Part shown: piece after piece, positions 62,567 to 64,000 of the stretch
Layout of the letters: each line of letters opens with the position of its first letter
Position numbering within the stretch: position 1 is the first letter of the stretch
NCBI GenBank assembly: GCA_051294905.1
Contig: CM119382.1
Span: forward strand, 11,098,001-11,162,000
Source of the DNA: Botryllus schlosseri
Taxonomy: Eukaryota
DNA length: 64,000 nt
Reading direction: 5' to 3'
Translations under genes and position numbers: made by a program
Notes under the pieces: model-generated
The model's database searches: none
Told to the model about the DNA's origin: nothing
The model's input: the letters and a program-made list of their open reading frames with translations, nothing else

Positions 62567-62710
62567 GTTGATATACAATGTTCTTTCCAATTCTCTACTA
62601 GTTGCTGACGATTACCCCTGACGAGTGTCAGCCGAAAATATTCGGGTTCATTTCAATATGAATATACTATTTAATTGTATATTGAAGTTCTGTACCTCCA
62701 AGAAGCTCTT
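62567..62710 (+). mobile_element. Complete family A hammerhead-bearing monomer (~145 nt)
   Basis: gttgatatacaatgttctttccaattctctactagttgctgacgattacccctgacgag...gtacctccaagaagctctt. Confidence 0.7.
62614..62647 (+). ncRNA. Minimal type I hammerhead ribozyme motif (family A)
   Basis: ACCC CTGACGA G TGTCAGC C GAAA ATAT TC GGGT, identical to 23555-23588. Confidence 0.7.
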
Positions 62711-64000
62711 CGTTTTAGAGTTCGGAAGTATTCGACAATATTTGACTGCCACGTATCTTTTTTAATGTTGAACGACTTGAAATTCGCACCAAATCTTCTC
62801 AAAAATCATCAAAACCACTTATCAAACTTCACTATTACATCACTTTCAAAAGTCACCATGAAGTGCCAGATCAGCGATTACGTCACATTACCTGTTTATA
62901 ATAGTAAAACATGACCCGTTGATGATTCGTGACTGGAAATTGTGATTTGGACTTGGGCGCGGCCTATTGGCGAATTACTCGAAATCGGAATGAACGGGTG
63001 ATAAAATAAAAATGACTATAGAGTTGAGTCGGGAAACGTTGCAATCAGAGAAGGACTTGTGACTCAGAACGCCGCGTCTTGTTACAACCACGGACGCAAC
63101 AAACTATTAAATTGCTATGTGTAATAGTAATATGTCGAAGGTCGTAGCTTGCCGAAGTTTCTGAAGTGCGGGACAACATAAAACGAATGACTGTCGTCGT
63201 CGTTCACTAGGCGCAGTACAACGCAATCCCGGAATTGTAATCAAGTTATGGATATGTCAATTTGACATGATATGATCAATAGTCTACTTATCAGAAGTGT
63301 ACCCAATACCCGGATGAGGCTCTACTGCGAAAATGCACTGATATCTGATCAATCTTTGTTAAATAGTGAAGTTTTCTTCGTGTAATTGTAACAATCGTAG
63401 AGTTTTACAATGCGGTAAGACACAATGCGATGGTACGTCAAATGTCCGCAACAGCTGCAAAATTATAACCCGACAGCTTTTACGATGTCCATGTATGTCT
63501 ACTATTTCATGGTGTCTGTAACTAATCATTTTGACAAACTATGCCGAGTACAACAACAATTTCCTTCGTGCCAGTCGTGAATTTCCAACGGTAAATCCCA
63601 TATTCACGATGGGTGTAGAATGCCAGTCTGCAAGGTCCCGTCAAATAAGGCCTACTTGTAAATACATCGAATACCCCTAGTGCTAGTGCTGTGGCCCGCG
63701 ACGCCATCGAAAAGCAGGAAAATGTCCCGCGAGCACATTTGAGTTTAAGACCCCTGCTCTTATTTTTATTCTGAACCATTTCTGTTTTCCCGAAAATTCC
63801 ACAAGAGAACTGTTTAATACGAAACGAGACGAGCTTGTCTACACTGTGTACGAGTGTACGTGCGGCCTTTTGCCATTCTCTTGATTTATCAGAATGAACT
63901 GATTCAATTTTCATGATCTCGCGAGTTCTGTAATACTAATTCTATCTCATTTTAAAAAACAATGGCTAGCACCTAGCATGATTGGAGAATTGTAGTTACC

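Larger units (their letters stand above)
62505..63756. mobile_element. Charlie-like hAT non-autonomous element containing hammerhead repeats
   Basis: CAGGTGTCTCTAAC...TTTAAGACCCCTG; GGCCCGCG subterminal motifs; degraded TSD (ctctaaatt / ctcttatt). Confidence 0.55.

Overview
Eukaryotic, intron-rich and transposon-rich genomic DNA. It is probably from an ascidian (tunicate); this is inferred from a styelin-like peptide gene and short 57-67 nt introns. Host genes: (1) the 3' end of an unidentified + strand gene (1-3594), whose protein ends in a PDZ-type motif (ITNL); (2) a five-exon secreted antimicrobial-peptide precursor (CDS 12484-19652), comprising a signal peptide, a +22 Trp/Lys-rich styelin-like amphipathic peptide built from three 11-aa repeats, an amidation Gly and an acidic propiece; (3) tRNA-Ser(CGA) at 30845-30926; (4) a complete 23-exon QRICH2/C16orf96-like (DUF4795) gene at 31665-52100; (5) possible exons of another gene near 62.1-62.3 kb. 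Mobile DNA: a decayed hATm-like transposon with 8-bp TSDs, many hAT MITEs, CR1/L2-type LINE ends, and a five-level nested transposon stack (21777-30157) that includes a ~2.9-kb foldback palindrome. A dispersed ~145-nt repeat family carries minimal type I hammerhead ribozymes (Penelope pseudo-LTR or retrozyme-like): six recognisable copies plus one degenerate copy, including an inverted dimer and a sense-strand intronic copy. All gene models were spliced by eye; no database search was run.
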